Positions 32,453-40,540 of a stretch of 64,000 nucleotides of DNA are shown here, one piece after another. The translations under genes and the position numbers were made by a program. This DNA comes from Cyanobacteria bacterium P01_F01_bin.150 (lineage in GTDB: Bacteria; Cyanobacteriota; Cyanobacteriia; CAKZMO01). Positions within the stretch are counted from its first letter, which is position 1. Every line of letters begins with the position of its first letter. The stretch covers positions 1 through 64,000 of the forward strand of contig JBCCYL010000002.1 in NCBI GenBank assembly GCA_039189765.1, written 5' to 3'. The notes beneath the pieces were generated by a model. That model worked only from the letters and a program-made list of their open reading frames with translations, was not told the origin of the DNA and searched no databases.

Positions 32453-32770
32453 CTAGCCGATACGAACCTTCTTGGTTAACACGACCACTACTTCACCGGG
32501 CTGTCCTGAGGGAACAGGATGGCTCCAGTCATTGGGTTCTGCATAGTTGAGGACGTACAGCAGCTTAATCGTGTTTTGGACTGCGGCGATGCTGCCAAAG
32601 AGCATATGGCGCACGGGTTCGTAGTGGGGCGGCGACGATGACGACATCGTTGTACTAACGGCTACGGTATTTGCTGCATAATTCGCAATATAGCTTGAGG
32701 TATAGTTTTCAGCGTAATATCCATCACAAACTGTGGGCGTAAATACGCCCGGTTCAAAGGGTTGAAACAT
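32453..32770 (-). CDS. Conserved small cyanobacterial hypothetical protein
   Basis: EPVRHMLFGS..AVQNTIKLLYVLNYAEPNDWS pattern, recognised from a recurrent uncharacterised family. Confidence 0.7.
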   Translation of the reverse strand: MFQPFEPGVFTPTVCDGYYAENYTSSYIANYAANTVAVSTTMSSSSPPHYEPVRHMLFGSIAAVQNTIKLLYVLNYAEPNDWSHPVPSGQPGEVVVVLTKKVRIG

Positions 32771-33195
32771 GATTTCTGGTCTCCAGATATAACCATCAAT
32801 GGATAGAGACCAGAACCCAAAATCACTCAGCCACTCCGCAACTTGTGGGACAAATCAGGGTAGCTGGGCGATAATCAACCCATACCTCCGAACTGCCTAC
32901 GTCAGTTTTTGGGGTGTAGTCATCGGTGTGGTGTTCGTAGCACCCGCCGATGGCGCTAAGTCTCCTGAGTTCTGAGCCAGAGCGACGGCAAGGGGCTGAT
33001 GCGGTAAGTCACTTGGGTGTAAATTACCGATGCAGCGTTGTGCGATCGCCATAAAGACGAAAATAGGCTGATTCCTGTTCAGAGTCAAGCCTCAGAGGTG
33101 CCCGATAATCAACGCTATTTGGCAGAAATAGGCTGCTGAAGGCTGAAAAATCAGACAAAGGTAAGAGTTTTGTGGATTTTTGGGACAGTACGCCC

Positions 33196-33260
33196 AGATC
33201 CCAGGGTTCTACCCAACCTTCATTAAGATCGCCAAATTATTACCAAGAACCCTGGGATCT
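33196..33260. repeat. 65-bp palindromic element A2
   Basis: AGATCCCAGGGTTCT-N35-AGAACCCTGGGATCT, with a compensatory change in both arms. Confidence 0.9.
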
Positions 33261-33520
33261 CCCCAACGCCCTAACGCCCTAACGCCCCAACGCCCCAACC
33301 GTCCCTCTCCAAAATCTAAAATCTAAAATCCAAAATTCCAAGGGGTTCAAGAAACTCTTCGGCGCACCTACCAAGCTCCCTGAACCGTTTGTATTTTTGG
33401 ATTACGTGCGTTTCCAAACTGCCGAGGCAAGCGGAACGCATTGCAATCACTGGAACAGGTCTGGACTCTTCAGGGCACTCCCAATGAATTCCCATCCATC
33501 AGCTCTGGCATAGAAGAGTA

Positions 33521-33642
33521 CTGGGGGAGGAACAAACGAGGCGAAAGCCGATGTTGTTGTTCCTGTTGTCTGCGTCGTTCCTGTTACGGTTCGCCGAGCG
33601 GCAGTTCCTGGGATTGTTGATCCACGAACCACCCCGCAGCAG
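33521..33642 (-). ncRNA. DGR template repeat (TR), part of the DGR RNA
   Basis: 122-bp ungapped match to 35579-35700; AAC-rich; all 11 differences at TR adenines; about 180 bp downstream of the RT stop. Confidence 0.95.
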
Positions 33643-33717
33643 CAGAGGTGCCTGCCCCAGATTTAGTCTAAAGGATCTGGTTGACTGACCAAACATTGCC
33701 CCCATGCAGTTGAAACT

Positions 33718-33799
33718 GCGGCTACACAAACAAAACCCGCCTACGCAGGTTAGGAGTAGTCCATTAGTCCCTGAAGAGGGACTTTGTCTGTATAGCCGC
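33718..33799. repeat. Palindromic element between RT and TR
   Basis: GCGGCTACACAAACAAA ... TTTGTCTGTATAGCCGC outer arms with two inner hairpins. Confidence 0.65.
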
Positions 33800-33820
33800 A
33801 AATTTATTTGCCAGGGCGAA

Positions 33821-34897
33821 TTAAGCCACCCCAGACCGACGGCTACGACGAAAGACCAGGGTGGCAAAAATATCTTGGCGTAGGTGCCAGCTATCGGCAT
33901 GTTTAAGGTGGGCACCCCAGCTCTGGATCGATTGAGTTAGGGATTTGACGCTAATCCGGCGTTTTTGATAGCGGCGCTGCAATCGCTTTAGGCGTCGTCG
34001 GGCGCGACGTAGGTTTTCGTTGCGAACGCGGATTCGGTCGGGCAGAATGCGAAAGCCGACAAAGTTTGCGCCGATTGCGGTGGCAAAAAGCTGACTTTTA
34101 ATTGGGTGAATAGTAAGACGAAGCGTAGCCAAATAGTCTTCAATGGCCTGTCGGGCTTGGACAAGTTCGGCTTTGTCGTGGCTAAAAAGGGCAAAATCAT
34201 CGACATAGCGAAGATAGGCGGAAATCTTAAGCTGCTCTTGGACAAAGTGATCGAAGCCGCTGAGGTAGATATTGGCAAAGCACTGGCTGGTAAGGTTGCC
34301 GATAGGAAGACCGCGTCGCCGTTCCAAGGGCGTAAGCAGGGTATCACCTGGGAAATGGCGAATAACGGGGATTTGCTCGTTGCTGCCGTCAATAATTAGG
34401 TCAATCAGCCAGAGAGTGTCGGGGCACTTAATTTTGCGCCGCAGAAGGGTCTTGAGAATTTCGTGGTCGATGCTGGGGAAATATTTGGTGATATCGCACT
34501 GGAGTACGTAGGGATAGGAGCGGGCACAGTGGGTAAAGCGCTGGAGGGCACGATGGGTCCCAAAGCCCCAGCGGTTTGCGTAGGAGTGGTGGATAAAGCT
34601 GCGTTCAAAGATGGGCATAATCACGTTGCACAGGGCATGGTGAACCACTCGATCGCGATAGGGTGCAGCGGAAATTATGCGGGGTTTGGGTTCTTTGATT
34701 TCAAAGGTATGATACTTTCCAGGGCGGTAGGTTTTAGTTTTAAGCTGATGCTGAAGGGTGATTAAATTTTGCTCTAAATTATAGTTAAAATCTAGAACAT
34801 TATCCCTAAATCGTTTGCCTTTTTGAGCATTACGGGCAGATACAAGTAGGTTTTCAAAATCAATAACTTTAGGCCAAAGATTACCGTAACGTTTCAT
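33821..34897 (-). CDS. DGR-type reverse transcriptase
   Basis: 358 aa; MKRYGNL start, [28 protein letters not shown] (DGR-type SQ), YLRYVDDF; no intron endonuclease domain. Confidence 0.96.
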   Translation of the reverse strand: MKRYGNLWPKVIDFENLLVSARNAQKGKRFRDNVLDFNYNLEQNLITLQHQLKTKTYRPGKYHTFEIKEPKPRIISAAPYRDRVVHHALCNVIMPIFERSFIHHSYANRWGFGTHRALQRFTHCARSYPYVLQCDITKYFPSIDHEILKTLLRRKIKCPDTLWLIDLIIDGSNEQIPVIRHFPGDTLLTPLERRRGLPIGNLTSQCFANIYLSGFDHFVQEQLKISAYLRYVDDFALFSHDKAELVQARQAIEDYLATLRLTIHPIKSQLFATAIGANFVGFRILPDRIRVRNENLRRARRRLKRLQRRYQKRRISVKSLTQSIQSWGAHLKHADSWHLRQDIFATLVFRRSRRSGVA

Positions 34898-34960
34898 CTA
34901 ATTAATTTATTTTCAGTTCCAAATTTTTAATTTTTAATTCTAAATTTTTAATTTTTAATT

Positions 34961-35329
34961 CTACACTAAGCTTCCTTGATTTACCCGAGGACTCCGCTTA
35001 CGCTGTTGCTTAATCCAGCCACCAAGATCCTTGCCGATAGTGTTGATTAATTCTCCAGCATGCTGATAACGATCTATTTTGATTAACTCAAAATCTAAAA
35101 GCAGGCGGGTTTGATGCCGAATCACGTCTAGCTTTGAGTTTAGAGCTTCAAGCCGTTCCAGTTTTTGGGTCGCATATCGGGCATAAATCAGCTCTTCTAA
35201 AAGATCGTAGAGATTAGAGGCCATCCGCTCTCCTAACATAAATTTATGCTGTTTGGGAAGACGATTAAGAATGGGAACGTACCATTTAATCAGGTCGTAG
35301 GTTTTCTGGATAATGGGCAAGTCTTGCAT
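34961..35329 (-). CDS. avd: DGR accessory variability determinant Avd (four-helix bundle)
   Basis: 122 aa; LPIIQKTYDLIKWY..LPKQHKFMLG...IGKDLGGWIK; directly upstream of the RT. Confidence 0.93.
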   Translation of the reverse strand: MQDLPIIQKTYDLIKWYVPILNRLPKQHKFMLGERMASNLYDLLEELIYARYATQKLERLEALNSKLDVIRHQTRLLLDFELIKIDRYQHAGELINTIGKDLGGWIKQQRKRSPRVNQGSLV

Positions 35330-35471
35330 TTATATGTGTACCGCCAAAAAAGATCACGTTTTATAAAGATTCAGTATTTCACAAAATAGAATACGGTACT
35401 ATTAAGTGGGAGACAGATATTTTTTAAGGAGTGTGCTGCACAATAGAGCTAATTTTAAAAAAGTAATTTGA

Positions 35472-35573
35472 TTTCACTTTGTGAAAGCTTCGCTAACGCG
35501 CGTAGCGCGAAAAAAAGAGTAAAAATTAGCCCAAGAGCAAAGGGCAAAAAGGCAAAAGAATAGAGGGCTAATT
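35472..35573 (-). promoter_or_regulatory. Hairpin cluster 3' of VR1 (candidate DGR target-recognition elements)
   Basis: AATTAGCCC/GGGCTAATT inverted repeat (35524-35573), CGCGC-GTA-GCGCG (35497-35509), TTTCAC-TTT-GTGAAA (35472-35486). Confidence 0.55.
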
Positions 35574-37545
35574 AAGTCCTGGGGGAGGAACAAACGAGGC
35601 GAAAGCCGATGACGTCGTCCCAGTCGACTGCGTCGTTCCTGTTACGGTTCGCCGAGCGGCAGTACCAGGGATAGTTGACCCACGAACCACCCCGCAGCAG
35701 GCGACGGGTGGACTCTCCTGTTGTCCAAGCACTACCGTCTTTTGGAGCATTGTCGTAATTGTCATGCCAACGGTCTTCGCACCATTCCCAGACGTTGCCA
35801 TGCATATCGTAAAGGCCAAAGGCATTGGGCGGAAAGCTGCCGACTGGCATTGTTTTTTTCCGATATTCGCCTTCCGGGCCGTTGCCGTAGGTGTAGTTGG
35901 CGTCGTAATTGGCGATCGCCGTCGTCAACGTTGGCCCAAAATGAAATGGAGTCGTTGTTCCAGCCCGACAGGCATATTCCCATTCCGCTTCACTGGGTAG
36001 TCGATAGTTTTGGCCGAGGGGCGATAGTTTATTTAATCCTTCGAGGAAGGCGATCGCATCATCCCATGACACTTGTTCAACGGGGCGATCGCTCCCCTTG
36101 AATCCTGAAGGATTTTCACCCATTACGGCTTCATATACTGCCTGGGTCACCACAACCTTGCCCATATAAAAACTGGGCACCGTCACCCGATGAATCGGTT
36201 TTTCTGAATCATACTCATTAGACCCCATATCAAACGAACCACCCTTAATGTGCACCATATCAAAGGTGATGCCATTTCCTAAATCTTCGGTGAAATACTG
36301 AGCCTCCTTAGAAATTTTCTCAATAATTTTTCCCTTATCGTTTACCCGCACCGTTTCAAATGGAACCGTTAAGAGTGGTGATTGTGCGGTTGGTTGGGGC
36401 TTTGGTGAAGAAATCGGTGGTGGTGGCGTTGGAGCCTTTGCAACGGGAGAGAGTTGTGTCGGTGGTTGAGGCTTTGGGGAAGAAATGGTTGGTGCAGGCG
36501 TTGGAGCCTTTGCAACGGGAGAGAAAGGGGCGATCGCCTGTCCCTGGGGGAATCGGATTGGCTGAGGCGGCGTTGGTGCAGACGTGGCAGCAGGAGGATC
36601 AGAAGGCTTTTGCTGCGTCTCAATTGCCAAGCGCTGCTTTAGCGCCAGCGCTTTATCCTCTGCTGAACTTTCCGAACTCAATATGATTTGTTCCCACAGA
36701 TTTTTAGCCGACCCTAGATCTTGTAAAACATACTGGGCATGCAATGCATCCGCCTTAAGCTTATCAACATTGACCGTTGAAGGTGGAAGGGCAGGCTTTG
36801 GGGCTTTTTGGTCCTGAGATACAGGTAACAATAATTGCGTTGCCTTTTCCACTGGTTCTGCAATCACATAGGGGCGCTGGTTGCCAAACTTTTGGGTTAA
36901 GGTCGGTACAGTTTTCTGTAAATAGGCACTGAGTTTCCGTGCACTGCATTGGCTCGGTACACAATCTCCTCGCAGTGCATCCAATAAAGCATAGGTAAAC
37001 GCTCCGTGCTGATGCTCCTCTAGCTCATAGGACTTTTGCCCAGGACTACAGGAAAACAGCGTAATAATTCCGGCTTGTCGCACTAATTCAACGGTTTGGC
37101 TACCAATATCCTTGCCGTAGTCTGATACAACATTTCGACAAGCATCCAATACCAATACCAGGTTGCCTGCCTTACACTCCCGTAATGCTCGGACCACCTC
37201 GTCAACGGCAATGGCCGAATGAATCAAATCTTCTGGATCAGCATTGGTGGGCAACAAAAAATCTCGCCCTTGCTGTCGTCCGCCATGACCGCTAAAAAAG
37301 AGCCAAAAGCTATCGTTTCGTCCCAAACGAACTTTAGAGGAAATTGAGCGAAGGCCTCGTCTTAAATTAACTAGCTCAGGGTGTTGATGCTGGGATTGAT
37401 CGGAGTAGCGCAAGACTTCTTCAAAACCAATGTCCTGAAGGTAATTTTGCATGGCGATCGCATCATTCTCAGCAAATTGTAGATCCCTCAGATCGTCAAG
37501 CTGATAATGATTAACGCCGATAGTAAGGGCAACGTTTCTAGCCAT
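35572..37545 (-). CDS. DGR target: caspase-like (C14) peptidase + Pro-rich linker + FGE-sulfatase/CLec domain
   Basis: FSGHG and LDACR catalytic dyad; RLPSEAEWEYACRAG, NAFGLYDMHGNVWEWC, RGGSW...GFRLV; last 40 codons form the VR. Confidence 0.93.
   Translation of the reverse strand: MARNVALTIGVNHYQLDDLRDLQFAENDAIAMQNYLQDIGFEEVLRYSDQSQHQHPELVNLRRGLRSISSKVRLGRNDSFWLFFSGHGGRQQGRDFLLPTNADPEDLIHSAIAVDEVVRALRECKAGNLVLVLDACRNVVSDYGKDIGSQTVELVRQAGIITLFSCSPGQKSYELEEHQHGAFTYALLDALRGDCVPSQCSARKLSAYLQKTVPTLTQKFGNQRPYVIAEPVEKATQLLLPVSQDQKAPKPALPPSTVNVDKLKADALHAQYVLQDLGSAKNLWEQIILSSESSAEDKALALKQRLAIETQQKPSDPPAATSAPTPPQPIRFPQGQAIAPFSPVAKAPTPAPTISSPKPQPPTQLSPVAKAPTPPPPISSPKPQPTAQSPLLTVPFETVRVNDKGKIIEKISKEAQYFTEDLGNGITFDMVHIKGGSFDMGSNEYDSEKPIHRVTVPSFYMGKVVVTQAVYEAVMGENPSGFKGSDRPVEQVSWDDAIAFLEGLNKLSPLGQNYRLPSEAEWEYACRAGTTTPFHFGPTLTTAIANYDANYTYGNGPEGEYRKKTMPVGSFPPNAFGLYDMHGNVWEWCEDRWHDNYDNAPKDGSAWTTGESTRRLLRGGSWVNYPWYCRSANRNRNDAVDWDDVIGFRLVCSSPRT
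35579..35700 (-). repeat. DGR variable repeat VR1 including IMH end
   Basis: Adenine-specific differences from TR; ends a few bases before the target stop codon. Confidence 0.95.
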
Positions 37546-37581
37546 ATCGATTTAATTCAACAGTCTCTCAATTTCCCTCTT

Positions 37582-37722
37582 CCCTAGTGCCCAGACTCCC
37601 TAGTGCCCAGACTCCCTGGTGCCCAGACTCTGGCTGGGTGCATCAAAGGGAGACTCTGGCTCCCCAGCCTCACCTGAGCCAGAGTCTCAGGTGAGGGTTC
37701 CCAGCCGGAGTCTGGGAACCAG
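37582..37722. repeat. Family B palindromic repeat copy 2, preceded by 16-bp tandem CCTRGTGCCCAGACTC x3
   Basis: CCCAGACTCTGGCTGGG / GAGACTCTGGCTC..GAGCCAGAGTCTC / CCCAGCCGGAGTCTGGGAACC. Confidence 0.8.
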
Positions 37723-37731
37723 GAGAGGGGC

Positions 37732-38136
37732 TTAGGGTTGACGTTCTGGCTTGCTTTCTGGCTTGCCAAACTTAAGGGTAATCGCGCCAGTGGCCCCCGC
37801 TTGGGTCCCGCCAATTCCCATTAGGCTTACCTTTCCCTCCGCACTAATCTGTACAGATAATTCAACCTCCTTCAGTTCCATTCCGGCTAAATCTCCCGCA
37901 TCCTTTTTGGCCTGCCCCAAGGCATTGCCCATGCTTTTCATCAGCCGGGTCAGCTCCCGCTGAATCGTCTGAGCCGACACCTGCACCGGACCAATGCCCT
38001 TACTAGCATCTGTCCCACCGGAACGAGGCGTATTGGATATTGCATCACTCAGAATCCCCTTACTTGGAGCCTCTGCACCCTCTCCACTTGGAGTATAAGT
38101 AATTAACGAAATCGTCTCATCTGACAGGTCTGCCAT
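37732..38136 (-). CDS. Pepco/Trypco-like peptidase-co-occurring small protein
   Basis: Helix followed by LKEVELSVQISAEGKVSLMG..G..GAITLKF pattern; AGGAG RBS; directly upstream of the caspase gene. Confidence 0.7.
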   Translation of the reverse strand: MADLSDETISLITYTPSGEGAEAPSKGILSDAISNTPRSGGTDASKGIGPVQVSAQTIQRELTRLMKSMGNALGQAKKDAGDLAGMELKEVELSVQISAEGKVSLMGIGGTQAGATGAITLKFGKPESKPERQP

Positions 38137-38156
38137 GGGGGGTCTCCTTATTACTA

Positions 38157-38296
38157 CAAAAACGTGTGTCTATTTTGTCACAGGAGTTTAGCACAGCCTA
38201 AATTATTCACAAAAGTCTTCCACCCATGCAAAGATCCCGGGGTTCTAATATCATCGTCGGGATAACCCAACACGTTTCGACAGAACCCCGGGATCT
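38157..38296. repeat. Direct repeat copy 1, including 65-bp element A3 at 38232-38296
   Basis: 81/90 identity of 38157-38246 to 40117-40206; A3 = AGATCCCGGGGTTCT-N35-AGAACCCCGGGATCT. Confidence 0.9.
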
Positions 38297-38373
38297 GGCA
38301 CTGACCTTACTCCTAGAATCTAGAGGGATTCTAAAAATTCCTCAATCCAAAATCTAAAATCTAGAATCTAAAA

Positions 38374-40086
38374 TCAAATAGTTCTGGGGGAAGAACAGAC
38401 AAGGCGAAAGCCGAGGGCATAGTACCTGAGACCTGCATCGAGCCTGTGGCGGTTCGCTGAGCGGCAGAATCTGGGAATTTCCAACCACGCTCCCCCTCGC
38501 ATCCCGCGCAGGGTTGTATCTCCTGTTGTCCAGCTACTACCGTCACTTGGCGCATTGTCATAATTGTCATGCCAACGGTCTTCGCACCATTCCCAGACGT
38601 TGCCGTGCATATCGTAAAGGCCAAAGGCATTGGGCGGAAAACTGCCGACTGGTGTAGTTTTGTTTTGGTCTTTTCCTTTTGGCGCGTTGCCATAGGTGCC
38701 GCTACCGTCGTGGTTGGCGATCGCAGACGTTAATGTCGCCCCAAAATGAAACGGAGTCGTCGTTCCAGCTCGACAAGCATATTCCCATTCGGCTTCGCTG
38801 GGCAGTCGATAGTTTTGGCCAATAAGAGAATAGTCCTTGTTAAGGGCTTTGCAGAAGGCGATCGCATCATTCCATGCCACTTGTTTGACGGGGCGATTCT
38901 CATCTTGAGAGGCTTCGCCAACGCTTCCTTGAAAATTTGAGGGATTTTTACCCATTACGGCCTCATATACCGCCTGCGTCACCGTCACCATTCCCATAAA
39001 AAACGACGGCACACTTACCAAATGCTGTGGACCTTCATCGTTTCCGCGTTGCGCTTCATCAGGCGGTGAACCCATCGTAAAATCGCCACCTGGAATTTGC
39101 ACCATTGTAAACGTCACTCCATTGCTCAGGTTCTCCGTAAACCCATCCACTGTGACTGGATAGCGATTAGTAATATCGCCCCGGTCATTCGTTGGTCCGG
39201 CACTGGGCGATCGCTCCAGCAGTTGTAGCCACTCCGCCATTGACTGGGGACGATACTCCGGCTGAATCGCCATTCCCTTCATAATTGCCGCATTAACCCG
39301 GTCACTAATCGCCACATTCTTTTCCTGGGGCGGTACTAAATCATCGGGACGGGACTCCGCTAAGCTCACCCGTCGAGACAAGGATAGGGGCGGCACCTCG
39401 CCTGTTACCAAGGAATACAGCGTTGCGGCTAGGGCATAGACATCCGTAAATGCCCCTCGCTTGGCATGGGGCTGATACTGTTCCACCGGAGCATAACCAT
39501 CGGTCAAAAAGGGCGTATGTCTGCGGGTTAGGCTGGGGGTAAACTCACGGGCAATGCCAAAATCAATCAGCACCGCCTTGTCCGTCTCCTGCCGTACCAT
39601 AATATTGTTGGGCTTGATATCCCGATGCAGCAGCCCCTGACCATGCACGACCGATAGCGCTTGGCCCACTTGCTGGATATATCGTAGGGCATTAGCTTCA
39701 GTCAGCCTGCCCTTTGTACTAACCATCTCCGCTAAATCGACGCCATCGATGCACTCCATCACCATACAGGTCAGCCGCAGATATTTAGACAGAGTATTAC
39801 CTGGGTTGGGGTGGCACACCTTTTCTGTAAAAAAGCAGTGGACCTTAACAATATGAGGATGCTGACAGCCCCGAATCCTCAGGGCCTCGTTCATAAAATC
39901 ATCCTGAAAACTATCAAAGTCCGAGCGGATTTGGACCTCATCATTCAGGGTTTTAATCACCACCTCACCATAGTCCTGACTGGTGGCCAAATAGGTAATA
40001 CCAAAGCCCCCAACGCCCAGGACTTTTTTAATTCGATAGTTGCCCTCTTGTAGCCGTTGTCCTGGGGTCCATGCCATTCTAATCAA
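38374..40086 (-). CDS. Ser/Thr protein kinase + FGE-sulfatase/CLec domain with VR-like C-terminus (start probably ATG at 40077)
   Basis: LGVGGFG, VVIK, HRDIKPNN, DFG, TDVYAL; CLec motifs as in the caspase target; ends GFRLVCSSPRTI. Confidence 0.92.
   Translation of the reverse strand: MIRMAWTPGQRLQEGNYRIKKVLGVGGFGITYLATSQDYGEVVIKTLNDEVQIRSDFDSFQDDFMNEALRIRGCQHPHIVKVHCFFTEKVCHPNPGNTLSKYLRLTCMVMECIDGVDLAEMVSTKGRLTEANALRYIQQVGQALSVVHGQGLLHRDIKPNNIMVRQETDKAVLIDFGIAREFTPSLTRRHTPFLTDGYAPVEQYQPHAKRGAFTDVYALAATLYSLVTGEVPPLSLSRRVSLAESRPDDLVPPQEKNVAISDRVNAAIMKGMAIQPEYRPQSMAEWLQLLERSPSAGPTNDRGDITNRYPVTVDGFTENLSNGVTFTMVQIPGGDFTMGSPPDEAQRGNDEGPQHLVSVPSFFMGMVTVTQAVYEAVMGKNPSNFQGSVGEASQDENRPVKQVAWNDAIAFCKALNKDYSLIGQNYRLPSEAEWEYACRAGTTTPFHFGATLTSAIANHDGSGTYGNAPKGKDQNKTTPVGSFPPNAFGLYDMHGNVWEWCEDRWHDNYDNAPSDGSSWTTGDTTLRGMRGGAWLEIPRFCRSANRHRLDAGLRYYALGFRLVCSSPRTI
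38384..38505 (-). repeat. Diverged VR-like region (VR2)
   Basis: Ungapped alignment to TR with about 34 mismatches, about 16 at TR adenines. Confidence 0.7.
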
Positions 40087-40116
40087 CTATCCAGCAATGA
40101 TGAGTTAGAAACGTAT

Positions 40117-40286
40117 CAAAAACGTGTGTCTATTTTGCCACAGGGTTTTAACACCGCCTAAATTATTCACAAAAATCTTCCACCCAAGCAAAGATTCCAG
40201 GGTTCTCTCGAAATGTCTCAAAGATCCCGGGGTTCTAATATTATCGTTGGGATGTCCCACAACGTTTCTACAGAACCCTGGGATCT
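40117..40286. repeat. Direct repeat copy 2, including element A4 at 40222-40286 and an extra arm at 40192-40206
   Basis: Homologous to 38157-38296 with a 30-bp insertion that duplicates the left arm. Confidence 0.9.
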
Positions 40287-40540
40287 CGCACCGACCAGCC
40301 ACTTTTGCAAAACCCCGGAACAAGCATCATCAAAAGTTAGATTACAGAGAGAAAGCATGGCAGTCAGAACAAGAAGTTATCTCAGCAATTGCTCTTGCGT
40401 TGGTTATCAAGGCTGTAATATGGGTCTCTGCGATAAATTCGCATAGATCAGCGCGTTAGACATCAGCTTGTCAAACAACAGGCATTATTGGCTCAAATCA
40501 ACTTTCAATCAACAGGCAAACATAAGGAGAGAGACGTTCA

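Noticed and set aside
33499..33915. 138-aa ORF ending in a CLec-like peptide (RGGSWINNPRNC...)
   Set aside because: It is the TR read in the target frame plus unrelated upstream sequence overlapping the RT end; a stop-free TR is expected.
33821..34897. RT as a group II intron, retron or CRISPR-associated RT
   Set aside because: SQ motif, adjacent avd and an adenine-specific TR/VR pair fit a DGR; no intron domain V, msr/msd or cas1 seen.
32370..40286. 65-bp elements as a CRISPR array
   Set aside because: The 35-bp spacer is CRISPR-like in size, but the arms are inverted rather than direct, copies are kilobases apart and no cas genes are present.
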